A stretch of DNA of 64,000 nucleotides from an uncultured cyanobacterium (GTDB lineage Bacteria > Cyanobacteriota > Cyanobacteriia > Phormidesmidales > Phormidesmidaceae): the NCBI GenBank assembly GCA_963793265.1, contig CAWBZI010000002.1, forward strand, positions 576,001 to 640,000. Reading direction: 5' to 3'. The notes under the pieces were generated by a model. It worked only from the letters and a program-made list of their open reading frames with translations. It had not been told where the DNA came from and did not search any database. Shown one piece after another: positions 1-9,616 of this stretch (its first letter is position 1; each line of letters opens with the position of its first letter). Position numbers and translations under genes: made by a program.

Positions 1-15
1 CAAAGAGGTCATTGT

Positions 16-444
16 CTATTCAGCCGCTTTCTTACCGCCAAACAATCCCTTGATACTATTAATCGCACCCATTAAGCCGCGTTCGTTCCGATCGCGCTGC
101 TTAGTTGCCAGTTCAATATCATCATCCTTTTCACCCTTAAGCCGATACCCATACTCCAGAGTGTCCCGGCTTTTTTTCAACACAGGAAAAGCCCGGAACG
201 CGCCCTGAAGTAAATCGGCTTCGCTGTGATAAATCGCGCGGCTAATTTGGCTAGAGCGGCGGACTGCGATCGCACCAATCGGATACCACTGCTTAGTGCC
301 TTCACCCCGTACATACACCTCATACTCAGGCAGGCCATCGGTTTTCATTTTGTCGTACTGCTGAGAAGCCTTTTCCCGCTTCTGCGTACGCTCCGACTTA
401 GGTTTCTTAGGTGTTTTCTTCCCAAAACCGACTGGCTCAGACAT
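16..444 (-). CDS. Conserved cyanobacterial protein, HHL1-like
   Basis: 142-aa ORF; GFG N-terminus, basic helix, then GLPEYEVYVR..W.P.G and FP.LKK...LEYGYRLK segments recalled from the HHL1-like family. Confidence 0.6.
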   Translation of the reverse strand: MSEPVGFGKKTPKKPKSERTQKREKASQQYDKMKTDGLPEYEVYVRGEGTKQWYPIGAIAVRRSSQISRAIYHSEADLLQGAFRAFPVLKKSRDTLEYGYRLKGEKDDDIELATKQRDRNERGLMGAINSIKGLFGGKKAAE

Positions 445-487
445 AGTTCTTCTGGTGTTTTATGAACGTCATTTATAAAAGTTTACA

Positions 488-1129
488 TTATTGCACGCGA
501 GTATACTTTGCCCGGTATACCGGCAGGCCCTTTTCTTGCGTGACGCGCTCGCGATCTGTCTGGGCTGGAAATGGGCTTTCTATTAGCCAGCTAGTGCCTT
601 TGCGGGTAAAGGCAGCGTTTTCGTCAAAGCGATCACACATCTCCACACACACCTCCTCAATATCCGACTGTAGCCAAATCATTGCCCCTATAGGCATTAG
701 CTCTGCCAAAGCCTCAACCAGCTCCGGCTGCACCACCCGTCTTTTTTGGTGCCGCTTCTTAAACCAAGGGTCAGGGAACTGAATGCTCACAACCTGCAAA
801 GGGCAGCCGTTCGGCCAGTTAGCCAGCAGCGGCTTCAGTGAATTATTCGCATTACAAAAAACGAAGTGCAGATTTTTCTGTCCTGCCTGATCTCGTCTGA
901 TCAAAGCCCGCTCAACCAAAGGCTCTCGAATCTCTAACCCCAAAAAGTTCCAGTCTGGAACCCGATTGGCCATCTCCCGCACAAAATCACCCTTGCCGCA
1001 GCCAATATCCAAATGCAGCGGTCGCTGAGGGTTGGCAAATACCGCCTGCCAGTCGGGGGCATCAGCCGGATTGGCATACTTACTGCTGAGCGGATTAACG
1101 TGCTGTCGAACGCGGCGAATAGGGGGCAT
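488..1129 (-). CDS. trmB: tRNA (guanine-N7)-methyltransferase
   Basis: RVRQHVNPL N-terminus, LDIGCGKG SAM motif, GLEIR, FPDPWFKKRHQKRR motif. Confidence 0.95.
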   Translation of the reverse strand: MPPIRRVRQHVNPLSSKYANPADAPDWQAVFANPQRPLHLDIGCGKGDFVREMANRVPDWNFLGLEIREPLVERALIRRDQAGQKNLHFVFCNANNSLKPLLANWPNGCPLQVVSIQFPDPWFKKRHQKRRVVQPELVEALAELMPIGAMIWLQSDIEEVCVEMCDRFDENAAFTRKGTSWLIESPFPAQTDRERVTQEKGLPVYRAKYTRVQ

Positions 1130-1130
1130 T

Positions 1131-2060
1131 TTAGAGGCTCTCCGGCTCGCTTTGAGCCATTTGAAAATTTAACAGATAGGGAATGGCGTCCGTTTTCTTG
1201 GGCCAGCTTTTCCACACAAACCAGGCCCAGAAAGGGAAAGACACCGCTATTAGCACCAGGCTAGTTCTCCACTCCGATTGAATATCGCTTACCGTCGCAG
1301 TTTGATCGGCTACTGACATTCGAGAGAGCCAATCCATACCGACTGCCGCTAAATTGTTTAACGAGTGACACGCTACCGGCACCCAAAGACTACGCGATCG
1401 CACATACAGCAGCCCCATCACTAGCCCAAATAGGGTCAGCCCCAGCGGATTGCTAAAGTGCAGCACCCCAAACAATACCGAAGAAGCAATCATCCCTCGC
1501 CGCAGGCCCCACTTCACCGCCCATCTCTGAAGCAAAAAGCCTCTGAAGATGAGTTCTTCTACCAAAGGTGCGTATATCACTAGCAGAAACAGCATTAGCC
1601 AGTTATACACTCGCGGATACAGGCTTTCTGTTCCTCTCAACAGCTTACTGTTTTCCAATAAACCATTCACATAGTTCGGAAAACCGAGAGAGAGTACGTA
1701 GAAAGCGAGTAGAGAAATTCCAAGAGAAAATAGCAGCAGGCTAGCGACTAAGAGCACCCCATAGAAAATAGAAAACCGCGGCACTCGCTGCCCTATCAAA
1801 TATTTAACGTCTAGCCCTTCCTGACGGCCCGCCCATAAGATCACGCTGCCCACAATCGTTAGTAGTGAAATCGTTAAAATAGGCGTCGAAATCGGATCTT
1901 GTGATACTCGTAACAGAGGCAGCCAATAGTCCAGCGAGCCATACACTATGCCGACTAAGGGGGCGGCGATAAAGTAGGTGCTAAAAACCAAATAGCGACT
2001 CTGAAGTTTTGAGAAAGGGTTATGAGGTGATGAACTAGAAAATGAATTGGGCCTGTCCAT
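1131..2060 (-). CDS. CPBP (Abi/CAAX) family intramembrane metalloprotease
   Basis: Multiple TM segments; EELIFRG, FGVLH and CHSLNN motifs. Confidence 0.9.
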   Translation of the reverse strand: MDRPNSFSSSSPHNPFSKLQSRYLVFSTYFIAAPLVGIVYGSLDYWLPLLRVSQDPISTPILTISLLTIVGSVILWAGRQEGLDVKYLIGQRVPRFSIFYGVLLVASLLLFSLGISLLAFYVLSLGFPNYVNGLLENSKLLRGTESLYPRVYNWLMLFLLVIYAPLVEELIFRGFLLQRWAVKWGLRRGMIASSVLFGVLHFSNPLGLTLFGLVMGLLYVRSRSLWVPVACHSLNNLAAVGMDWLSRMSVADQTATVSDIQSEWRTSLVLIAVSFPFWAWFVWKSWPKKTDAIPYLLNFQMAQSEPESL

Positions 2061-2300
2061 TGGGGGGCGATCGCGAGTCCTAGTTCAAAAGTATTCGGAA
2101 TACACTTTTACAGCGCAGTAGCTATTATAGGAACCTTTTGTCATCGTCGCCTTTTGGATCGTTGCCTTTTAAGATGCCTTTTGAACAGTGCTTAGCAATC
2201 GCTTTAAATCGGTATGCACTTACGAAATTGCCACATACTCATAAAAGGCGTGAGCAATGTTGCTAGAGTAGCTGAGTAGTCAGGCTTTAGCCCATTTGCA

Positions 2301-5300
2301 GTGTCGCCAAATACACCGCCACCTGTGCCGCCAGTGCCGCCCAATTCTGATAGCAGTCCATCATCTACACCAGAGCCAACCCCTGAATTAGCGCCCGATC
2401 GCCCTCCACAAGGTCGACGGACTTTTCCGTGGTTTTGGTTAGGCACTTTTATTGGCACACTCTTTGGTGCTGCAGGGCTTGGGCTAGCCGCTTGGGCCTG
2501 GATTTTCATTAACGAAGACCTCTCTCCGCTGCTATCTAAAACGCTGACCGATTCTCTAGAGCGCCCTGTTGACTTAGGGGAGGTTGAGAAGGTCACGCTT
2601 GGCAGCATTCAGGTGGGGCCGTCTACTATTGGCGCAGCCGCAGACGACTCTACAACACTGGAAGTCGATACCACCATTGTTAGATTCGATCTAATCGAAA
2701 CCCTGCTGACCTCAGAGCTAGGGTTAGATTTGACACTCGTAAAAGCAGAAGGTTACTTAGAACAGGATGAGGAAAAGGGATGGCTTGATGTTGATGTACC
2801 TGAACAAGATGAGGAAGAGACAGATCGTAGATTTGAGATTCGCCTAGACGATATTCGCGTTCGTGACTCTCAGCTCACGCTGGTACCGCTGCCTTTTAAT
2901 CCTGAAGAGCCCGAAACCATTCCTTTTAATGACGTGAACGGCAGCGTCAGTTTTGACAATATTGTTGTAGCAGGCGAAGATACGCGGCGAACTCGGTTTG
3001 AAGTAACAGGCGATCCGGTCGCGGGCGGTGTGCTGACGCTAAAAGGTGAAGTCCAGCCGGTTGAGGTCGTAGAAGCAGTTGACGGAACGGCTAAGGAGTC
3101 TCAAGCGAGCGATTCAGAGTCAGCGGATCGAAACTCATCTGATAGTGAGAAAGACAGCAATATTAAAAGCGCGACTAACCTATATCTTCAGTCAGACAAG
3201 GTAACGCTAGACGATATTTTAGATTTCACGCTGCCGACGATTGGGCTATTCAGTGATAAATTCGCCGTCGAATCTGGCGTTGTGAGTGGCACGATGGATA
3301 TGGCCTTCAGGCCCGATCAGCCGTTTGAATATTCGGGTGCGTTGGCGGTCGATGACGCCGGGGTGACGACTGATATTCTGCCGCTGCCGCTAGAAAATAT
3401 TGAGGGCCAAACGCGCTTTCAGGGCAACAAGTGGACGATTGATCGAGTCAGCGCTGACTACGGCGACATTGATGCTGTTGCTGAGGGTTTGGTTGATTTT
3501 GATAATGGCTACGACCTGACGGCAGTGGCTAACGATGTGACGGTCAAAGAGTTTACAGAAACGGTTGATTTAGAGCTGCCTGTGCCGACTGAAGGTGTCT
3601 TTGATGCGATCGCCAATATTAACGGCCCTATCGACAATCCCATTTTTTCAGGCCAGGCGATCGCCACCAAACCCCTCACAGTAGACAAGCTCGCCTTCAC
3701 CAATGCCGCTACCGATTTTCGCCTTCAGGGCCAACAGCTCACCCTCAGCGACATCGCCGCCACCCCTGCCAACGGCGGAGCCCTACGCGGCTCGGGCCAG
3801 GTTCTACTCGCCCAGGGAACGCCTTTTACCTTCAACGTCACTGGCCGCAGCCTGCCTGCTGAAGCGATCGCTAAAATCTACGGCATCAATCCTGGCTTTA
3901 GACTAGGGCTCGTCTCTGCCGATGCGAGAGTCGTCAGCCGGGGCGGGCAGATCAGCACAACAATTGACTGGCGAGCGCCCGATGCCCTTTACGCAGGCGC
4001 AGGCAGCATTGATATTACTGGCAACAACATTGCTTTTCGAGACAGCACTTTTAAGCTAGGCGGCGGCATTGTCAACGCTTCCGGCAACCTTTTGAACGGC
4101 CAGTGGACAAGCGATATTTCACTAGCAAACGTCAATCTCAACGCGATTTCAGAAAATTTGACTGGCGAAGTGAGCGGTGACTTTACGGCGAGTGGGAATA
4201 CGGCAAATACCAAGATTGGGGCGATCACAGCCCAGGGAAACATCACCTTCACCAACGGCCTAGCCACCTTCGGCCCCCAGTTTGCCAGCATCAGTAATCC
4301 GCTCACCTCCCAAGTCGCCTGGAACGGCGAAAAGCTACAGATCACCGGAGCCCGCACCGACCGCATCACCGCCAACGGCACCATCACCCCCATCTTCGAC
4401 AGCGGCTTCGAGGGCCTAGAACGACTAGATCTCACCGTCGTCGCCCAAGACTATGGCATCAACGAAATTCCCTTCGTCACCATCCCCGACGTACTCAACC
4501 TCGCCGGACGCACCGACTTCAACGGCACCATCAGCGGCAGTCCCGAAGCGCCCACCATCAGCGGCGACGTCCGCCTCACCGACCTCATCGCCAACCGCCT
4601 CCCCTTCAACCCCCTGCTCACCGGCACCGTAGACTTCGCCTTCAGCGACGGCCTAGATCTCAACCTCACCGGCCCCACCGACAGCATCGCCCTCGACATC
4701 GGCCCTGCCACCTTCCGCGAAGACAGCCCTTCACCCGACTTCAACTTCGACATCGACTGGCGCAGCGCCTTTGCCAGAGGCCAAACCCAGGGCGACATCC
4801 TCGCCGTCCAGGCAGGCAACTTTCCCCTCTCCGTCCTCAACTTCCCCCCTGAAGGTGCAGCCGACATCGGCCAGCTACGCGGCACCCTCTCCTCAGCCGA
4901 TTTAGCCGTCAACCTTAGCGACGAAACTCTCATAGGCGACATTGCTATCGAGCAGCTAGGGCTCGGCTACATTGGAGCCGGACGCCTTGCAGGCCAAGTC
5001 CGCTACGCCAATGAGCTAGCCACCTTTACCAGCGGAGAACTCGTCCTCAATGACAATCTCTATTCGCTCAGCGGTAGCCTCGCGCTAGACGGCCCCGAGC
5101 CGGTTTACAGCGCTAATCTCGCTACGCAGCAAGGCGATGTTCAAAACATTCTCACGGCACTATCTATTTACGAGCTTAACGACTTCCGCCGGGGGCTTAC
5201 CCCGCCAGAATGGTTAGAGAATCCGCCCTCTCAAGCAGTATTAGACAGCATTCTAGCGACTAGCTCCACTGGCAACCCCGACGCCGCGCTGCTAGAACAG

Positions 5301-7667
5301 CTCCGTCGCCTTGCCGAAATTCAAGCGCTTCAGACCGAAGAAAGGATAGCTGACGAAGCGCGTCCGGTGCCACCACTTGCAGAACTCAGCGGCCCCTTTG
5401 CGGGCAATATTGTGCTCAACGGTGCGGGTAGCGACTTCAAGTTAGATTTCGATTTGGCCGGAGCTAACTGGCAGTGGGGTGATGACTACAGCGCTGAAGA
5501 AGTAATTGCGAAAGGGAGCTTGACGCCTAATATACTGACCCTAGAGCCCGTACGGTTTGCATCGGTTCTATCACTTCCTGAAGGTTCTGAACTAGCTGAT
5601 TTAGAGACTGATACCGACATTGTTGAGCCTGAGTTTGATGAAGGGCTACCTAGTCTATCTGACGATCCAACAAACACCGAAGTGCGGCCTATTGAGGGTG
5701 AATTGGAACAGGCGATCGCAGCCATTAACCTATCAGGCCAAATCGTCTTCGGCCAGAACACTGAACTCACCTCAAACCTCCAAGCCACCGCCCAAAACCT
5801 TGACGTTTCCGCCGCCCGCGACATCCTCGAAATTCCTCTCGACATCGACGGCTTTGCCAACGCTAATGCCAGGCTAGGCGGTACGCTCGCCAACCCTCAG
5901 CTCAGGGGCGAAGCTGAAATCGCCGCTGCCACCATCAACGACACCCCTATCGAAACCGCCGCTGCCCAGTTCCTCTACCAAAACGCCCGCCTCAGCCTCG
6001 CCAGCACTCTCACCGCCAGCACCCCCGAACAACCCCTCACCCTCTCAGCCCAAATTCCCTACGCCTTCAACTTCATGGATGTTCAACCTGATAGCGAAGA
6101 CATCTCCGTGTCTGTCAATGTTCAGGACGAAGGTTTAGCGCTCCTCAATATCTTCACGCAGCAAGTCGCTTGGGAATCAGGCAGCGGCACAGTCAACCTA
6201 AACGTAGGTGGCACCCTAAAAGATCCTGAGATCGACGGCATTGCAACGCTAGAAGATGCCGTCATCAACGCCCAGGTTTTGCCAGAACCTTTGACAAACG
6301 TCAACGGCAGGGCAATTTTTCAGGGCGAGCGGATTGTCGTCGAAGCCCTGGAAGGACAGTTTAGCGATGGTAGACTGACCGCTGCTGGTATTTTCCCGCT
6401 GCTATATCCGGTCATCAGCGGCCCGCGTCTGAGCACACTGACTGCCGTCTCTACAGCCGCACCTTCAGAAGATGAGGCAGAAGAAGATGCCACGAATACC
6501 AACCCGCTCTTTCCTCAGCCGCTAGCTGCCGATCGTCCTCTCACTGTCAACTTTGAAGACATTGCCCTAAATCTCGACAACCTCTACAGCGGCGGCGTCA
6601 AGGGTCAAATTGTGGTAGGTGGTAGCGCGCTGATAGGTGGGCCTCAAGTTAGCGGTCAGGTCATTCTTGCTGACGGTCGCGTCCTACTGCCTGAAGGAAA
6701 CGGTACAGCAGCGACCACCAACGCTTCGGACACTACCGACTTCAACACCGCTTTGCTCAGCGGCGGCTCTGAAACCGGTGGAATTACCACCAACTTCCGC
6801 GATCTTCGGCTCACCCTTGGCCCATCGATTCAAATTACGCAGGGCAACCTGCTTAACTTTGTTGCCGATGGCACGCTGTTACTCAACGGCCCCCCCTCAG
6901 ACTTAGAGCCTGACGGCGTTATCAATATCAAGTCAGGCCGCGTCAGCCTTTTCAACACTGTATTCCGACTTAGAGGAGGAGACAACACAGCTGTGTTCAC
7001 CCGAGAGATGGGCATCTCAAATCCATTCTTAGACGTTTCGCTACGTAGCAACGTGCCAGAAGTTGATAGCCCGCCTTCTTTAACTAACACGCCGTTCGCA
7101 AACGCTGAGATTGCAGATACTTCTAACAACGGCTTCAGTAACCCAGGATCGTTACGTACCATTCGCGTCTATGCAGACGTCAACGGCCCTGCTAACGCTA
7201 TCTTTGAAAATCTAGAACTATCTAGCTCACCCTCCCGGAGCGAAACCGAACTGCTTGCCCTCATCGGCGGCGGATTCGTAGACGCAATCGAATCTACAGT
7301 AGGTAGCCTCGGCGGCGGTGGTGATGGGTTTGAAGGACTGATCAACTTAGTTGGCGGTACCGTGCTGACTAGAGTTCAAGACCTGATTGGCAATACGCTC
7401 AGCCTGAGTGAGTTCCGGCTATTTCCAGTCACCTCTGCTAGCCGCACCCAATCGGAAGAAGACAATGAGTCAGGGTTAGACATCGGTGCAACGGCTGGTT
7501 TTGATGTTACTGACTCGACCTCAGTTTCGCTCACCAAAATCCTCACCGATAGCAGCAACCCTGAAGTTGGCGTCAACTATCGCCTTACCGACTCACTCAC
7601 CGTCCGTAGCGCCACCAACTTTGATGACATCAACCAATTCTTGATTGAATACGAGCTGAGGTTTTAG
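2301..7667 (+). CDS. tamB: TamB/DUF490 translocation and assembly module protein
   Basis: 1788 aa; one N-terminal TM, long Gly-rich beta-strand repeats, C-terminal LSSSPSRSETELLALIGG and terminal EYELRF. Confidence 0.85.
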   Translation: MSPNTPPPVPPVPPNSDSSPSSTPEPTPELAPDRPPQGRRTFPWFWLGTFIGTLFGAAGLGLAAWAWIFINEDLSPLLSKTLTDSLERPVDLGEVEKVTLGSIQVGPSTIGAAADDSTTLEVDTTIVRFDLIETLLTSELGLDLTLVKAEGYLEQDEEKGWLDVDVPEQDEEETDRRFEIRLDDIRVRDSQLTLVPLPFNPEEPETIPFNDVNGSVSFDNIVVAGEDTRRTRFEVTGDPVAGGVLTLKGEVQPVEVVEAVDGTAKESQASDSESADRNSSDSEKDSNIKSATNLYLQSDKVTLDDILDFTLPTIGLFSDKFAVESGVVSGTMDMAFRPDQPFEYSGALAVDDAGVTTDILPLPLENIEGQTRFQGNKWTIDRVSADYGDIDAVAEGLVDFDNGYDLTAVANDVTVKEFTETVDLELPVPTEGVFDAIANINGPIDNPIFSGQAIATKPLTVDKLAFTNAATDFRLQGQQLTLSDIAATPANGGALRGSGQVLLAQGTPFTFNVTGRSLPAEAIAKIYGINPGFRLGLVSADARVVSRGGQISTTIDWRAPDALYAGAGSIDITGNNIAFRDSTFKLGGGIVNASGNLLNGQWTSDISLANVNLNAISENLTGEVSGDFTASGNTANTKIGAITAQGNITFTNGLATFGPQFASISNPLTSQVAWNGEKLQITGARTDRITANGTITPIFDSGFEGLERLDLTVVAQDYGINEIPFVTIPDVLNLAGRTDFNGTISGSPEAPTISGDVRLTDLIANRLPFNPLLTGTVDFAFSDGLDLNLTGPTDSIALDIGPATFREDSPSPDFNFDIDWRSAFARGQTQGDILAVQAGNFPLSVLNFPPEGAADIGQLRGTLSSADLAVNLSDETLIGDIAIEQLGLGYIGAGRLAGQVRYANELATFTSGELVLNDNLYSLSGSLALDGPEPVYSANLATQQGDVQNILTALSIYELNDFRRGLTPPEWLENPPSQAVLDSILATSSTGNPDAALLEQLRRLAEIQALQTEERIADEARPVPPLAELSGPFAGNIVLNGAGSDFKLDFDLAGANWQWGDDYSAEEVIAKGSLTPNILTLEPVRFASVLSLPEGSELADLETDTDIVEPEFDEGLPSLSDDPTNTEVRPIEGELEQAIAAINLSGQIVFGQNTELTSNLQATAQNLDVSAARDILEIPLDIDGFANANARLGGTLANPQLRGEAEIAAATINDTPIETAAAQFLYQNARLSLASTLTASTPEQPLTLSAQIPYAFNFMDVQPDSEDISVSVNVQDEGLALLNIFTQQVAWESGSGTVNLNVGGTLKDPEIDGIATLEDAVINAQVLPEPLTNVNGRAIFQGERIVVEALEGQFSDGRLTAAGIFPLLYPVISGPRLSTLTAVSTAAPSEDEAEEDATNTNPLFPQPLAADRPLTVNFEDIALNLDNLYSGGVKGQIVVGGSALIGGPQVSGQVILADGRVLLPEGNGTAATTNASDTTDFNTALLSGGSETGGITTNFRDLRLTLGPSIQITQGNLLNFVADGTLLLNGPPSDLEPDGVINIKSGRVSLFNTVFRLRGGDNTAVFTREMGISNPFLDVSLRSNVPEVDSPPSLTNTPFANAEIADTSNNGFSNPGSLRTIRVYADVNGPANAIFENLELSSSPSRSETELLALIGGGFVDAIESTVGSLGGGGDGFEGLINLVGGTVLTRVQDLIGNTLSLSEFRLFPVTSASRTQSEEDNESGLDIGATAGFDVTDSTSVSLTKILTDSSNPEVGVNYRLTDSLTVRSATNFDDINQFLIEYELRF

Positions 7668-7825
7668 CTTTACTTAGCGGCACACCGCACATAACCGAAC
7701 TAAAACTCATTAGATAAAATTATCTTTAAGTCTATGCTGAAAAAGAGCGGTACTAGCTGAAAGTAGTCATAGCAACCGCGCTTGTAAAGTTAACTCTCTA
7801 TTGTTTCTTACACAAAAAATAACCC

Positions 7826-8683
7826 GTGCTCAAACGAATTACCTTCTCGCTCATGCTGCTCTTAGGAACCTGGAGTCAGGCCAAACCGGCCCTATCTCAG
7901 GCACTCCTCCCTTACACGCTGCCGCTAGATGAAGAGCGCTTGCAAGCAGACGGTCAAAGCTTAGCTAGAGACGCTGCGCAACTGGCTCAGTTTCAGCAAT
8001 ACGACGAAGCCCTAGCCCGCGCTCAGCTCGCCGCCCAGCTACTGCCTGGCGATGCTGATATCTTGGCTTTGCTCGGAAGCCTTTATCTGCAGGCAAGTGA
8101 GCCCCAGCCCGATCAGGCGATTGAAGCCCTTGGTAGAGCCAAACAGCTCCAGCCTGAAAATTCTTTGGTTATGTTTGCATTAGGGAATGCCTACTTCAGC
8201 CAGCAGCAATACGCTGAAGCTGCCGCATCTATTGAGTCTGGGCTAGACATCGACCCTGAGAATGCTAATGCCTTGTTCGATTTGGGCAACGCCTATTACA
8301 AGCTCAACCGTTACGATCAGGCGATCACACAGTACGAAAAAGCAGCCAGCACCGACCCCAACTTCTGGCCCGCGATCAACAACATTGGCCTGGTCATGTA
8401 CGAATCGGGCGATACCGAAGGCGCTATTAGCCAGTGGCAACGGGCGCTTGAATTGGCTGAGGCCGAAGAGAGTGAGCCCCAGCTTGCGATCGCGGTTGCC
8501 AGATACAGTCAGGGCAACCAGACCCTCGCCAGCAGCGACATTGCCGTTGCCGCTTTAGAGCGCGACCCTCGCTATGCGGATATTGAGTTTCTTAAAGAAA
8601 ATCTGTGGGGCGATCGCCTCATCACGGCCACCGAAAACTTCTTTAATACACCAACGCTCAGAGAATTGATTAGTCAGCTCTAG
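7826..8683 (+). CDS. Secreted tetratricopeptide repeat protein
   Basis: Signal-peptide-like N-terminus; repeated TPR units (LGNAYF, LGNAYY, NNIGLV). Confidence 0.85.
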   Translation: MLKRITFSLMLLLGTWSQAKPALSQALLPYTLPLDEERLQADGQSLARDAAQLAQFQQYDEALARAQLAAQLLPGDADILALLGSLYLQASEPQPDQAIEALGRAKQLQPENSLVMFALGNAYFSQQQYAEAAASIESGLDIDPENANALFDLGNAYYKLNRYDQAITQYEKAASTDPNFWPAINNIGLVMYESGDTEGAISQWQRALELAEAEESEPQLAIAVARYSQGNQTLASSDIAVAALERDPRYADIEFLKENLWGDRLITATENFFNTPTLRELISQL

Positions 8684-8735
8684 ACCCAATCCTCTCGACT
8701 AGCGTCCGTCAACCAGCAGTCTTCAAGCAGTCATT

Positions 8736-8780
8736 AAAAAGAGCGACAGGCCATGTTATTCAGGCCCGTCGCTCTTTTTT
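8736..8780. terminator. Bidirectional intrinsic terminator
   Basis: AAAAAGAGCGAC..GGCC-loop-GGCC..GTCGCTCTTTTTT between convergent genes. Confidence 0.8.
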
Positions 8781-8826
8781 GCAATAAATTTGCGATAGAA
8801 TAGTACAGTAGAACTAACTAGAGCCT

Positions 8827-9228
8827 TCAATCTTTATCAGGAATCATCGCCGCAATGTCATCGACAAACTTTTGATGGTCAACTACAGGCTTAGAGATGT
8901 AGCCATCAGCGCCGCTTTGGCTTAGGAAGGTTTCGCGATCACCATCCATCGCATGAGCCGTCACCAAAATCACTGGCACACCTGCCGTCTCAGGATTGCT
9001 CTTAAGCATCTGAGTGATCTCAATCCCGTCTACTGGCTTCCCCTGATAAACACTGTGAGAGAGCGAAACATCCATTAAAATAACGTCTGCCCCCTTGGTC
9101 TGAGCGGTGCTAATCACCTCTTCAACATTCTCGGTATGTTTCACATTCAGCCCCCCTCGCTTCGTCAAAATCTTTGAGAAAACGCGGGCGTTTACCATGT
9201 CGTCTTCCACAATTAGAACGGTCTTCAT
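8827..9228 (-). CDS. Single-domain response regulator (CheY/DivK-like)
   Basis: Receiver domain only: IVEDD, ILMDV phospho-Asp, VTAH, SKP. Confidence 0.9.
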   Translation of the reverse strand: MKTVLIVEDDMVNARVFSKILTKRGGLNVKHTENVEEVISTAQTKGADVILMDVSLSHSVYQGKPVDGIEITQMLKSNPETAGVPVILVTAHAMDGDRETFLSQSGADGYISKPVVDHQKFVDDIAAMIPDKD

Positions 9229-9616
9229 GACTTTTCTGGACTGAATTTGAACTGAGATTAAACAAAGGTTTAAAGTAACAAAAACCTATCAAAACAAAGG
9301 TACCGAGGCCCCTCTGTAAGAACAGCTTACCCAAGCTAGCATCAAAAAAAATTGATATTTTTGATATTTATTGGATATTTAAGTAACACCCAAGTGTTTC
9401 GTAAGGCCCTTAACATGGCACGATAGCCGCTTAATAAGATTGCAAAAAATTGCAAACCTCAAAGCCAAAACCACATACTTTAGTTGCGGCTTAATGATAC
9501 AAACTAAAGACCGCATTTCAGGAAGCGCATCCTAGAGTATTGCAGTTTTTCGACCCTTCCGTATATCGTTATTCCCGCTTCCTATCCACCCAGCCGATTT
9601 ATTCAGGACTCCATTC

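Noticed and set aside
2204..7576. Many antisense and alternate-frame ORFs inside tamB (and likewise inside the topoisomerase, htpG, nrdJ, ligase, suf and proS genes)
   Set aside because: Shadow ORFs caused by biased codon usage; no recognisable motifs; they overlap confident genes
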